A stretch of 64,000 nt of DNA from Oscillospiraceae bacterium (GCA_015063805.1 SVTK01000014.1:7055-71054); one strand, 5' to 3'. Counted from the stretch's first letter, positions 7,435 to 16,288 are shown. Notes: generated from the letters alone by a model not told the origin. Made by a program: numbers and translations.

Positions 7435-9639
7435 ATGATGGAAAATTACGATCGCTTTGTGGGGCAGGTCTTCGACAAGCGATATAAGCTGGAGCGGGTG
7501 ATCGGCGTGGGCGGAATGGCCGTGGTCTTCCTCGCTTACGATACCCTGATGAAACGTCCTGTGGCAGTGAAAATGCTCAAGGACAATGTCGCCGCCGACG
7601 AGCAGTCGGTGAAGCGGTTCATCAACGAATCCAAGGCGGTTGCCATGCTGTCCCACCCCAACATCGTCAACATCTACGACGTTTCGGTGAAGGACAACAT
7701 CAAATATATCGTCATGGAGTATATCGAGGGCATTACCCTCAAGAACTACATGACCCGCCGCGGGCCCCTCTCCTTCCGTGAGGTGCTCAGCTACACCGAG
7801 CAGATTCTGCGTGCGCTGGATCATGCCCATGCCAAAAATATTGTGCATCGGGACATCAAGCCCCAGAATATCATGCTGCTCAAGAACGGGCAGATCAAGG
7901 TCACCGACTTCGGCATTGCCAAGCTGCCCGACGCCGAAACCCTGACCATGACCGATAAGGCCATCGGCACGGTGTACTATATCTCCCCCGAACAGGCCAG
8001 CGGCAAGCCCATTGACCAGCGCTCCGACCTGTATTCCCTCGGCGTGGTGATGTACGAGATGGCTACCGGGCGTCTGCCCTTCTATGCAGACAGTCCCATT
8101 TCGGTGGCCCTGATGCAGGTCAACGATACGCCTCCCACCCCCCGTTCCGTGGACAGCGGTATTCCCCGGGGACTGGAGCAGATCATTCTCTCGGCGATGG
8201 AGAAGAACCCCGCCCTGCGCTTCGAAAATGCGGGACAGATGCTCCGTCAGCTGCAGCGGCTCCGTGCCGACCCCAATATTGTGTTCAAGCCCTCCCGCAA
8301 GCTGCAGCAGGCACGGCGCGCCGAGGAAAAAGCCGCCGCCGCACGCCGCCGCAAGGAGAATCATAAGCCCAGCCAGTCCATGCTGCCCATTATTCTTGGG
8401 GTATCCACCGCACTTCTGCTGGTGATGATCGTGGCGGGCTGGTATGTGCTGGACAATCTGCTCTTTACCGAGGATACGGGGCAGGTAAGCGTCAAGGTCC
8501 CCCCTGTGGCAGGGCAGATCTATACCGATGACGCAGCCCTTGGCTTTGATCCCCGCTATTATCGGGTGACGGTGGAATATCGCTACGATCCCGATACCGC
8601 ACCCGGTACCATTCTGGAGCAGGAGCCCAAGGGCGGTCTGACCAAAAAAGCGGTGGCCAATGCCCAGCGGGTTGAGGTGGTGCTCACCGTCAGCCGGGGA
8701 GCCGAGACGGTGATCCTCAACGACTATACCATCATGGAAGCGCGTCTGGTGGAATCCACCCTGCGTTCCATGGGCTTTGTGGTGAAGCGGGAACCGATCT
8801 ATTCCGATGTGGTGCGGACGGGCTATGTGGCCCGCACCGTTCCCGCTCCCGGTGACCCCATCAATATCGGGGATACGGTGGTGCTGTATGTCAGCCGTGG
8901 TGAGAATATTCAGAATGTGATCATGCCCGATTTTGTGGGGCTTCCCGAGGCCGAGGCCAATGCCGAGCTTCGGCGGAACGAGCTTTCCCTGGGTGAGGTG
9001 ACCTATGTCAACTCCAACCGACCCGCGGGGACGGTGCTGGAGCAAAGTGTGGTGGCCTATACCCTGGTGCCCAAGAAGGCCACGGCGGTGGACTTTGTGG
9101 TCAGCGGCGGTCCTGCCTTCGGGGCTGTGGTGATGCCCGATCTGAAGGGCATGAGCCTGGAGCAGGCGAGAGTTCTTCTGTCTGAGCTGGATATGGTTCT
9201 CTATATTGAGGGAATGGTGCGCAGCGATGTGGCAGGCGGCCTGATCGTGGAGCAGGATGTGGCCCACGGTACCGACCTCAAGGAAAACAGCTACACGGCC
9301 GTGCGGGTGAAGGTCAGCGGCGGCCCGGGTTATGTGGACCCCAACGCCGGCTTGAATCCTGGCGGTGATCCCGCAAAAACCGAGCCTCCCGAAACCACTC
9401 CGGTGATGCCCGGCGGCGATGATATCGACGGGGACGGCATTCCCAACGATCGGGACAACGACATCGATGGTGACGGGGTTCCCAACCATCGTGACGGGGA
9501 TATGGACGGAGACGGAAAATCCAACAGCATTGACGCGGATATGGATGGTGACGGGGTTCCCAACCATCGGGACAGTGATGCTGACGGAGACGGTGTCCCC
9601 GATCGGCAGATAGGCGGTTCCGGATCAACGGAGCGCTGA
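7435..9639 (+). CDS. prkC: PASTA-domain Ser/Thr protein kinase with C-terminal Asp-rich Ca-binding-type repeats
   Basis: Hanks kinase motifs GVGGMAVV, VAVK, HRDIKPQN, DFG and SPE. TM segment LPIILGVSTALLLVMIVAGWYVL, then three PASTA-like repeats and a DxDxDGxPNxRD repeat tail. Confidence 0.9.
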   Translation: MMENYDRFVGQVFDKRYKLERVIGVGGMAVVFLAYDTLMKRPVAVKMLKDNVAADEQSVKRFINESKAVAMLSHPNIVNIYDVSVKDNIKYIVMEYIEGITLKNYMTRRGPLSFREVLSYTEQILRALDHAHAKNIVHRDIKPQNIMLLKNGQIKVTDFGIAKLPDAETLTMTDKAIGTVYYISPEQASGKPIDQRSDLYSLGVVMYEMATGRLPFYADSPISVALMQVNDTPPTPRSVDSGIPRGLEQIILSAMEKNPALRFENAGQMLRQLQRLRADPNIVFKPSRKLQQARRAEEKAAAARRRKENHKPSQSMLPIILGVSTALLLVMIVAGWYVLDNLLFTEDTGQVSVKVPPVAGQIYTDDAALGFDPRYYRVTVEYRYDPDTAPGTILEQEPKGGLTKKAVANAQRVEVVLTVSRGAETVILNDYTIMEARLVESTLRSMGFVVKREPIYSDVVRTGYVARTVPAPGDPINIGDTVVLYVSRGENIQNVIMPDFVGLPEAEANAELRRNELSLGEVTYVNSNRPAGTVLEQSVVAYTLVPKKATAVDFVVSGGPAFGAVVMPDLKGMSLEQARVLLSELDMVLYIEGMVRSDVAGGLIVEQDVAHGTDLKENSYTAVRVKVSGGPGYVDPNAGLNPGGDPAKTEPPETTPVMPGGDDIDGDGIPNDRDNDIDGDGVPNHRDGDMDGDGKSNSIDADMDGDGVPNHRDSDADGDGVPDRQIGGSGSTER

Positions 9640-9765
9640 ACGGATACGCATGGAAAGCCGCGGCAGACAACCGGCGGGGGAGGGCAATCCTCCCTCGGCC
9701 GGAGGCCCGGCTTGCCTTTTCTTTTCCCGCGGGAGCGCGGAATCTGTATGGATGCAGGTGAACAT

Positions 9766-10725
9766 ATGCAGGAAACAGCCACCGTCCGCGGACGCATCCT
9801 CCGGGGTGTGGGCGGACTGTACAGCGTATTGCTCGACGGCGCGGAGGGGAGCATTGTCTCCTGTCGCGCCCGCGGGCTTTTTCGCCATTTGGACATTACC
9901 CCCCTGCCCGGGGACCGGGTGGAGCTTGCTCTCACCGAGCGGGCAGACACCGCGGAGGACAGCGGAGACGGGGGCGAGATGATGATCGCCGAGATCATCG
10001 ACCGCCGCTCGGCCCTGATCCGCCCGCCCATGGCGAATCTGGACTATCTTTTCATTACCCTGGCTTCGGCCAAGCCGGCGCCAGTTCCCGAAACGGTGGA
10101 CAAGCTGACGGCCATTGCCCAGCACAACGGCATTGAGCCGGTGATCGTCATCGGCAAGGCTGAGCTGAATCGGAACATGGCTGCCGAGCTCACCGATATC
10201 TACTGCCGTGCGGGATTTTCGGTCTTCCCCCTCAGCTGCCGCACGGGGGAGGGAATCGATGACCTACGGGCATTTATCAACGCGAATCTGCCCGGGCGGG
10301 TGGCCGCCTTTGCGGGGGCATCGGGGGTGGGGAAATCCACCCTGCTGACGCAGCTTTTTCCCACCTTGGATCTGCAGACCGGGGGACTTTCCCGCAAGAT
10401 CGAGCGGGGACGGCACACCACGCGGCAGGTGGATCTCTATCCCCTTACCCTGGAGAACGGCGAGCAGACATTCCTGGCTGATACCCCGGGCTTCAGTATG
10501 CTGGATTTTGCCCGGTTTGATTTTTTCTCGCTGGAGGATCTGCCCCATGCCATGCGGGAGTTTGCGCCCCACCTGGGGAAGTGCCGCTACACCGACTGCA
10601 CCCACCTCTGCGAGGAAGGGTGCGCCATTGTGGAGGCGGTGGCGGCAGGGGAGATTCCCGAGAGCCGCCACGCCGGCTACTGCGCCATGTATGCGGTGCT
10701 CAAGGAGAAAAAAGCCTGGAAGTGA
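9766..10725 (+). CDS. rsgA: ribosome small-subunit-dependent GTPase A
   Basis: P-loop GASGVGKSTLL and C-terminal zinc cluster CRYTDCTHLCEEGC. Start placed at ATG 9766 (AGGTGA RBS); the track ORF starts at 9712, so the start is uncertain. Confidence 0.85.
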   Translation: MQETATVRGRILRGVGGLYSVLLDGAEGSIVSCRARGLFRHLDITPLPGDRVELALTERADTAEDSGDGGEMMIAEIIDRRSALIRPPMANLDYLFITLASAKPAPVPETVDKLTAIAQHNGIEPVIVIGKAELNRNMAAELTDIYCRAGFSVFPLSCRTGEGIDDLRAFINANLPGRVAAFAGASGVGKSTLLTQLFPTLDLQTGGLSRKIERGRHTTRQVDLYPLTLENGEQTFLADTPGFSMLDFARFDFFSLEDLPHAMREFAPHLGKCRYTDCTHLCEEGCAIVEAVAAGEIPESRHAGYCAMYAVLKEKKAWK

Positions 10726-10746
10726 CCTGACGGAAAGGAGAAGCTC

Positions 10747-11397
10747 ATGAAGGCGTTTGTTTACATCGGCGGCGGGATCGATCCCGCAGGCCTGGACGAG
10801 CATCCCGGCGAGGGGGAGCTTTGCATTGCCGCCGACAGCGGCTGGCGCAATGCCTGCCGCCTTGGGGTGCGGGTGAATCTGCTGGTGGGGGACATGGATT
10901 CCCTGGGGGCAGAGGCCGGCTCTGCCATGGCGGAGGTGGAAGCCCTGGGGGGCGAGGTGATGCGGGTCCCGGCAGAGAAGGACGAGACCGACACCCAGCT
11001 GGCGGTGCACGAGGCCGTGCGGCGGGGTGCCGATGAGATTGTGATCGTCGGCGGCCTTTCGGGACGGCTGGATCATACCCTGGCCAATCTTTCGGTGCTG
11101 GAGGCACTGGCGGAGCATCGCATTGCGGCGCGGATCACCGACGGCCGCAATCGGGTGCGCTTCCTCAAAAATGACAGCCTTCTGCTGGCGGCGGGGGGAT
11201 TCCGCTATCTTTCCCTCATCCCGGTGGACGAGGTCTGCCGCGGGGTGTCCGCCGAGGGCTGCCGCTATCCCCTCAAGGGGGCGACTCTGCGCCGCACCAA
11301 TGCCGCCTATTCCACCAGCAACGAGATCCTGGGGCCGGTGGCACTGATCTCGGTGCGCCGGGGACGGCTTTTCGTGGTGGAGTCCCGGGAGGACTGA
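10747..11397 (+). CDS. thiN: thiamine diphosphokinase
   Basis: LLVGDMDSLG motif and C-terminal thiamine-binding domain. AAGGAG RBS. Position after rsgA matches Bacillus synteny. Confidence 0.85.
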   Translation: MKAFVYIGGGIDPAGLDEHPGEGELCIAADSGWRNACRLGVRVNLLVGDMDSLGAEAGSAMAEVEALGGEVMRVPAEKDETDTQLAVHEAVRRGADEIVIVGGLSGRLDHTLANLSVLEALAEHRIAARITDGRNRVRFLKNDSLLLAAGGFRYLSLIPVDEVCRGVSAEGCRYPLKGATLRRTNAAYSTSNEILGPVALISVRRGRLFVVESRED

Positions 11398-11500
11398 CTT
11401 TCTCACCCATTTTTCGCCGCGGCATATGCTGTGAACAGGGAGCTGTTTTCCCGCGGACAGTGCGGGAAGGGCAGGCTCGCCCGAGAAAGGGGGCTGTTCC

Positions 11501-11578
11501 GTGAAGGTCGTGGTGATCCGTTCCCCCAAGCTGCTGGCACCGTTTCTGCGGCGGTGGTTTGGGATTAAGAAAACATAA
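11501..11578 (+). CDS. spoVM: SpoVM-like 25-aa peptide (untracked small ORF)
   Basis: GTG start 7 nt after AAGGGGG. Translation (M)KVVVIRSPKLLAPFLRRWFGIKKT matches the pattern of B. subtilis SpoVM MKFYTIKLPKFLGGIVRAMLGSFRKD. It lies directly after thiN, as spoVM does in B. subtilis. Confidence 0.55.
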   Translation: MKVVVIRSPKLLAPFLRRWFGIKKT

Positions 11579-11592
11579 ATGCAGAAGGGGAA

Positions 11593-11641
11593 GGCAGGGG
11601 CCTTTTTGAAAAAAGGCCCCCTGCACCCTCAAAAACTTTCC
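11593..11641. repeat. intergenic palindromic repeat, single unit
   Basis: Palindrome GCAGGGGCCTTTTTGAAAAAAGGCCCCCTGC followed by the tail ACCCTCAAAAACTTTC. Confidence 0.65.
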
Positions 11642-11696
11642 TGCCCGCCTTGGATTTCGCTTCGTCTTGGTCTGCGGCGGGCGCAAAGGAGATTAT

Positions 11697-13700
11697 ATGT
11701 CACAATTTCTTCCCCTATCCCGCGCCGAGATGGAAGGGCGGGGCTGGGATGCACCCGATTTTGTCTATGTGACGGGAGATGCCTATGTGGATCACCCGTC
11801 CTTTGGTGTGTCCATTATCTCCCGCGTGCTGGAGGATGCGGGCTACCGTGTGGCGATTCTGTCGCAGCCCGATTATAAGTCCTGCGATGCCTTCCGCGCC
11901 TTCGGTAGGCCCCGACTGGGCTTTCTGGTGACGGCGGGGAACATCGACTCCATGGTGGCCCACTACACCGCCGCCAAGAAAAAGCGCAGCTATGATTACT
12001 ATTCCCCCGGCGGCAAGGCGGGACTTCGTCCCGACCGGGCGACCATTGTGTACTGCAACCGCATCCGCGAGGCCTATGGGGATGTGCCCATCATCATCGG
12101 CGGGCTGGAGGCATCCCTGCGCCGTTTCGCCCACTATGATTACTGGGACAACAAGGTGCGCCGCTCGATTCTGGTGGACTCCCGCGCCGACATTCTGACC
12201 TACGGCATGGGAGAGAAGATCCTGCTCCGCATCGCCGAGCTGCTGGCCAAGGGAGTCCCGGTAAAGAAGATCCGGGATGTGCGGGGGACGGTTTACCTCT
12301 GCGCCCCCGAGGATAAGCTGCACTATCCCGTGGCGGGAGAGTTCGATTATAATGTGCTGAAAACCGACAAGCGTGCCTATGCCGAGGCCTTTGGGGTGCA
12401 GTACCGGAACCAGGATGCCATCGGCGGGCAGGCCATTGTGGAGCGGTACGATGCCAAGCTGCTGGTGCAGAATCCCCCCATGCCTCCCCTTGAGCGGGAG
12501 GAGCTGGACCGGGTCTATGCGCTGCCCTATATGCGCACCTATCATCCGTCCTACGAGGCGGCGGGGGGCGTGCCTGCCATTGAGGAGGTGCGCTTCTCCA
12601 TCACCCATAACCGGGGATGCTTCGGGGCCTGCAACTTCTGCGCCCTTGCTTTCCACCAGGGACGGACGGTGCGCTCCCGCTCTGTCGAGAGTGTGGTGGA
12701 GGAGGCACGGAAGATCACGGCCATGCCCGATTTCAAGGGCTACATTCACGACATCGGCGGTCCCACCGCCAATTTTCGCTATCCCGCCTGCAAAAAGCAG
12801 CTCACCGATGGGGTTTGCGCCGGCCGGAAGTGCCTGGCGCCCAAGCCCTGTCCCAATCTTGAGGTGGACCACAGCGAGTACATCAAGCTCATCGAGCAGG
12901 TGGAGGCACTGCCTCGGGTGAAGCGGGTGTTCATCCGCTCGGGGATTCGCTTCGACTATCTGCTGGCCGACAAATCCGATGCCTTCTTCCGCAAGCTGGT
13001 GCGGGACAACGTGTCGGGGCAGCTGAAGGTGGCCCCCGAGCATTGCTCGGCGGATGTTCTGCGGTGCATGGGCAAGCCCGATTATTCGGTTTATTCCCGC
13101 TTCCGCGAGAAATATTTCGCCCTCTGTGATGCGGTGGGCAAGGAGCAGTACCTGGTGCCCTATCTCATGTCCAGCCATCCCGGCTCGACCCTCAACGATG
13201 CGGTTGAGCTGGCGCTTTGTCTCAAGCGGGAGGGCTATGCCCCCGAGCAGGTGCAGGATTTTTATCCCACCCCCGGGACGGCGTCCACCGTTATGTACTA
13301 CACCGGCATCAATCCGCTGACGGGGAAGGAGGTCTACGTGGCCACCGACTACCACGAGAAGCAGCTGCAGCGGGCTCTGCTGCAGTATAACCGCCCTCAG
13401 TCGGCAGATCTGGTGCGTGAGGCGCTGATGCTCTGCGGCAGAGAGGATCTCATCGGTCACGGCAAGCACTGCCTGGTGAAGCCGGCGGGCAAGCCTGCAG
13501 CCGGGCGAGGGGAGGCTCCCCGCGGCCCTAAGGCTGACGGACGGGGCAAGGCCCGGGACGGCGGCAGAAAGCCGAAGGAAGCGGCAGCCGGGGCAAAGAA
13601 CCGTCGGGACAACGCGTCCGCCAAGGGAAAAGATGCCCGCAAGCCCGCCCGCAGCCCTGCATCCGGGAGCAAACCGGGACGGGGAAGGAAGAAAAAGTAA
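11697..13700 (+). CDS. ygiQ: YgiQ-family (UPF0313) radical SAM protein
   Basis: ATG at 11697 after AAGGAG. N-terminus MSQFLPLSRAEMEGRGWDAPDFVYVTGDAYVDHPSFG and radical SAM cluster CFGACNFC. Long basic C-terminal tail. Confidence 0.85.
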   Translation: MSQFLPLSRAEMEGRGWDAPDFVYVTGDAYVDHPSFGVSIISRVLEDAGYRVAILSQPDYKSCDAFRAFGRPRLGFLVTAGNIDSMVAHYTAAKKKRSYDYYSPGGKAGLRPDRATIVYCNRIREAYGDVPIIIGGLEASLRRFAHYDYWDNKVRRSILVDSRADILTYGMGEKILLRIAELLAKGVPVKKIRDVRGTVYLCAPEDKLHYPVAGEFDYNVLKTDKRAYAEAFGVQYRNQDAIGGQAIVERYDAKLLVQNPPMPPLEREELDRVYALPYMRTYHPSYEAAGGVPAIEEVRFSITHNRGCFGACNFCALAFHQGRTVRSRSVESVVEEARKITAMPDFKGYIHDIGGPTANFRYPACKKQLTDGVCAGRKCLAPKPCPNLEVDHSEYIKLIEQVEALPRVKRVFIRSGIRFDYLLADKSDAFFRKLVRDNVSGQLKVAPEHCSADVLRCMGKPDYSVYSRFREKYFALCDAVGKEQYLVPYLMSSHPGSTLNDAVELALCLKREGYAPEQVQDFYPTPGTASTVMYYTGINPLTGKEVYVATDYHEKQLQRALLQYNRPQSADLVREALMLCGREDLIGHGKHCLVKPAGKPAAGRGEAPRGPKADGRGKARDGGRKPKEAAAGAKNRRDNASAKGKDARKPARSPASGSKPGRGRKKK

Positions 13701-13761
13701 GCCGATGGAGGGAAAAAACGAAAAAAATTCATCATTCTGTAAACTTTTTTTCGGAAATCCC

Positions 13762-13790
13762 TTGCATCGGGGCGAAAGTTGTGCTATACT
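13762..13790 (+). promoter_or_regulatory. sigma-70-type promoter of the rimP-nusA-infB operon
   Basis: TTGCAT (13762-13767), 17 nt, TATACT (13785-13790). Confidence 0.45.
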
Positions 13791-13897
13791 ATCATTGTCA
13801 TAGTATGGATAAAGTAGAAGAGTGGGTTGACAGACCCACTCTTCCTTGTTTGAAACGACATTTTTTATTGCATTCGGGGAAGGAGTGAAGCGAAGAT

Positions 13898-14380
13898 TTG
13901 AAGAAATCCACGAAAAATATTGCCTCAACGGTGCGTGAGCTCATCGCCCCCACGGCGGAGTCGCTGGGCCTCATCCTCTGGGACGTGGAGTACGTCAAGG
14001 AAGGCACCGAGTGGTACCTGCGTGTGACCATTGACACCGAAGAGGGCGTGACCATCGAGGACTGCGAAAAAATGCACCGTGCCATCGATCCACTGCTGGA
14101 CGAGGCCGATCCCATTGAGAACAGCTATCACCTGGAGGTCTGCTCCCCCGGCCTTGAGCGGGAGCTGAAGACCGATTTCCATTTTGCCGCCTGTGTGGGT
14201 GAGCCGGTAGAGGTTCGCCTCTTTGCCCCCATGGACGGAAGCAAGAGCTTCTGCGGCATTCTCGCCCCCATCGAAGACGACTGCATCCGCATCGAAGACG
14301 AGGGCGGCATTCGTGCCTTCCCCCGCGCCGCGGTGGCCCGGGTGCAGACCCTCTTCGATTTTGACGGAGTTGAGGAATGA
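13898..14380 (+). CDS. rimP: ribosome maturation factor RimP
   Basis: TTG start. LILWDVEYVKEGTEWYLRVTID and YHLEVCSPGLERELK are typical RimP sequences. Upstream of nusA. Confidence 0.9.
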   Translation: MKKSTKNIASTVRELIAPTAESLGLILWDVEYVKEGTEWYLRVTIDTEEGVTIEDCEKMHRAIDPLLDEADPIENSYHLEVCSPGLERELKTDFHFAACVGEPVEVRLFAPMDGSKSFCGILAPIEDDCIRIEDEGGIRAFPRAAVARVQTLFDFDGVEE

Positions 14381-15159
14381 GAACACGGATGATTCGGTGG
14401 CTTGCGGTACTGACCGCCGCCATCCTGCTGGCAGGCTGTTCCTTCAGTATTGACGAAATCTCCATCGGTAACCGCCGGGTGATCCGCGCGGAAGGTGAGG
14501 ATGTGCAGGAGATTGACCTGCTCCTCTTTGCCGAGCAGGCGGGGGACCACACACTCTCCATTGAAGGGATCCATTTCGTCAACGGCGGCATTGAGCTGAC
14601 CATTGATCCTGCGCTGGAGGACAACATCACCATGTCAGCCCCCCAGGTGGTGATGGATACCATCAAGGTGAAAATCGACCATGAAAACGGTGTGATCGCC
14701 ATTTCCGGCAACGAGAAGCTCAGCTTTTCCGAGGCCGAGCTGGAGATTACCGTGGGCGTCCCGGTGAAATCCCTGTCGGTGGAGGGCGGCGTTGAAGTGG
14801 ATGCCGTTCTGCCCGAGGTGAAGGATTTTGTGCTGGACGTGGCCGGTGCCGTGGACGGCGAGATTCAATTCGGCAGCCTGGAGGCGCTTGATGTAGAAAT
14901 CGATGGGGCAGGGAGCCTGGAGCTTTTGGGCAGCTGCGGGAAGGCGGAGGTCACGGTCAACGGCGCCGGCAGCATTGATGCCGAGACGCTGATCTGCACC
15001 GAGGCCGAGGTGACCATCAACGGTGCCGGAAGCTGCAAGATTCATGTGACCGATACCCTGGATGCCGAGGTGAACGGGGTGGGATCGGTCCGCTACTTTG
15101 GTAAGCCCCAAACGGTGAACCGCGCCGTGGACGGTCTGGGCACCGTCAGCGAGGGCTGA
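14377..15159 (+). CDS. DUF2807 (GIN/adhesin-head-like) domain lipoprotein
   Basis: Signal peptide with lipobox LLAGC. Repeated G-x-G-S beta-strand motifs (NGAGSIDA, NGAGSCKI, NGVGSVRYFGKP) are typical of DUF2807. ATGA overlap with the rimP stop. Confidence 0.65.
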   Translation: MRTRMIRWLAVLTAAILLAGCSFSIDEISIGNRRVIRAEGEDVQEIDLLLFAEQAGDHTLSIEGIHFVNGGIELTIDPALEDNITMSAPQVVMDTIKVKIDHENGVIAISGNEKLSFSEAELEITVGVPVKSLSVEGGVEVDAVLPEVKDFVLDVAGAVDGEIQFGSLEALDVEIDGAGSLELLGSCGKAEVTVNGAGSIDAETLICTEAEVTINGAGSCKIHVTDTLDAEVNGVGSVRYFGKPQTVNRAVDGLGTVSEG

Positions 15160-15227
15160 CCGCATCTGTATCCGTAAATTATTGATTCATTCACATATAT
15201 GTAAGTAAAACCGAAAGGAAAACAATC

Positions 15228-16256
15228 ATGAACAAGGAGTTATTCGCCGCACTTGACCTGCTGGAAAAGGAAAAGGGCATTCCGAAGGAATATATGCTCG
15301 AGAAGATTGAGGCCGCACTGCTTGCCGCCTACAAGAAGGAGCAGGGAAACAACACCAACGTGCGTATCGTTCTTGATCCTGTCAAGGAGGATATGCGGGT
15401 GTACCAGCAGCGCACCGTGGTGGAGGAAGTTGAGAACCCTGTCACCGAAATTTCCCTCGAAGACGCACAGAAGCTCTCCCGCCGTCACACCTTGGGCGGC
15501 ATCGTGGAGAATGAGCTGAAGACCAAGAACTTCCGCCGTCTCTCTGCCACCAATGCCAAGCAGGTGATTATTCAGGCCATCCGTGAGAAGGAACGCAGCC
15601 TGGCCATTGAGGTTTATGAGAGCAAGCGTGAGGAGATCATCACCGCCACCGTCCTCAAGATCGACGATTCCGACGGCGCAGTTGTCCTGGCCACCGGTAC
15701 CTCCAACGCCGTTCTCCAGAAGAGCGAGCAGATCCCCGGGGAGGTCTTCCATATCGACGAGAAGGTGAAGGTCTTCATCTCCGAGGTGCTCAAGAACAAG
15801 GAGCGCGGTCCCCTGGTCACCCTGTCCCGTGCCCATTCCGGCCTGGTCAAGCGTCTCTTTGAGCTGGAGATCCCCGAGATTCAGGACGGCGTGGTTCTGG
15901 TGAAGACCGTTGCCCGTGAGGCAGGCTCCCGCACCAAGATCGCTGTCATGAGCCGTGATCCCGACGTGGATCCTGTGGGCGCCTGCATCGGTAACCACGG
16001 GATGCGTATCGCCAGCATCATCGAGGAGCTCCGCGGCGAGAAGATCGACATCGTCAAGTACAGCGATTCCCTGGAGGAATTCGTAGCCGCCGCTCTGGCT
16101 CCCGCCGAGGTCCGCTCGGTCACCATGGACGGCGAGCGCTCCTGCCGGGTTATCGTGGCTCCCGATCAGCTCTCCCTTGCCATCGGCAAGGTGGGACAGA
16201 ATGCCCGTCTTGCCGCCCATCTGACCGGCTGCAAGATCGATATCAAGGCAGAGTAA
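15228..16256 (+). CDS. nusA: transcription termination/antitermination factor NusA
   Basis: MNKELFAALDLLEKEKGI N-terminus with S1 and two KH regions; 342 aa. Confidence 0.95.
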   Translation: MNKELFAALDLLEKEKGIPKEYMLEKIEAALLAAYKKEQGNNTNVRIVLDPVKEDMRVYQQRTVVEEVENPVTEISLEDAQKLSRRHTLGGIVENELKTKNFRRLSATNAKQVIIQAIREKERSLAIEVYESKREEIITATVLKIDDSDGAVVLATGTSNAVLQKSEQIPGEVFHIDEKVKVFISEVLKNKERGPLVTLSRAHSGLVKRLFELEIPEIQDGVVLVKTVAREAGSRTKIAVMSRDPDVDPVGACIGNHGMRIASIIEELRGEKIDIVKYSDSLEEFVAAALAPAEVRSVTMDGERSCRVIVAPDQLSLAIGKVGQNARLAAHLTGCKIDIKAE

Positions 16257-16288
16257 ACCCTAAGCAAAAAAGTAAGGAGGCGAAGACC

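Noticed and set aside
6568-9567. 999-aa minus-strand ORF covering stp and prkC
   Set aside because: It is antisense to two genes with unmistakable PP2C and Hanks-kinase motifs. The translation is low-complexity (G/H/R/P/A-rich) with no recognisable motif. This is a typical shadow ORF in high-GC DNA, where stop codons are rare on the antisense strand.
9418-9603. Asp-rich repeats of PrkC as a dockerin module
   Set aside because: Dockerins have two 22-residue F-hand segments with hydrophobic helices after each Ca loop. Here five Ca-loop-like DxDxDG units follow each other directly with Pro/Asn/Arg spacers, which fits TSP type-3 repeats better.
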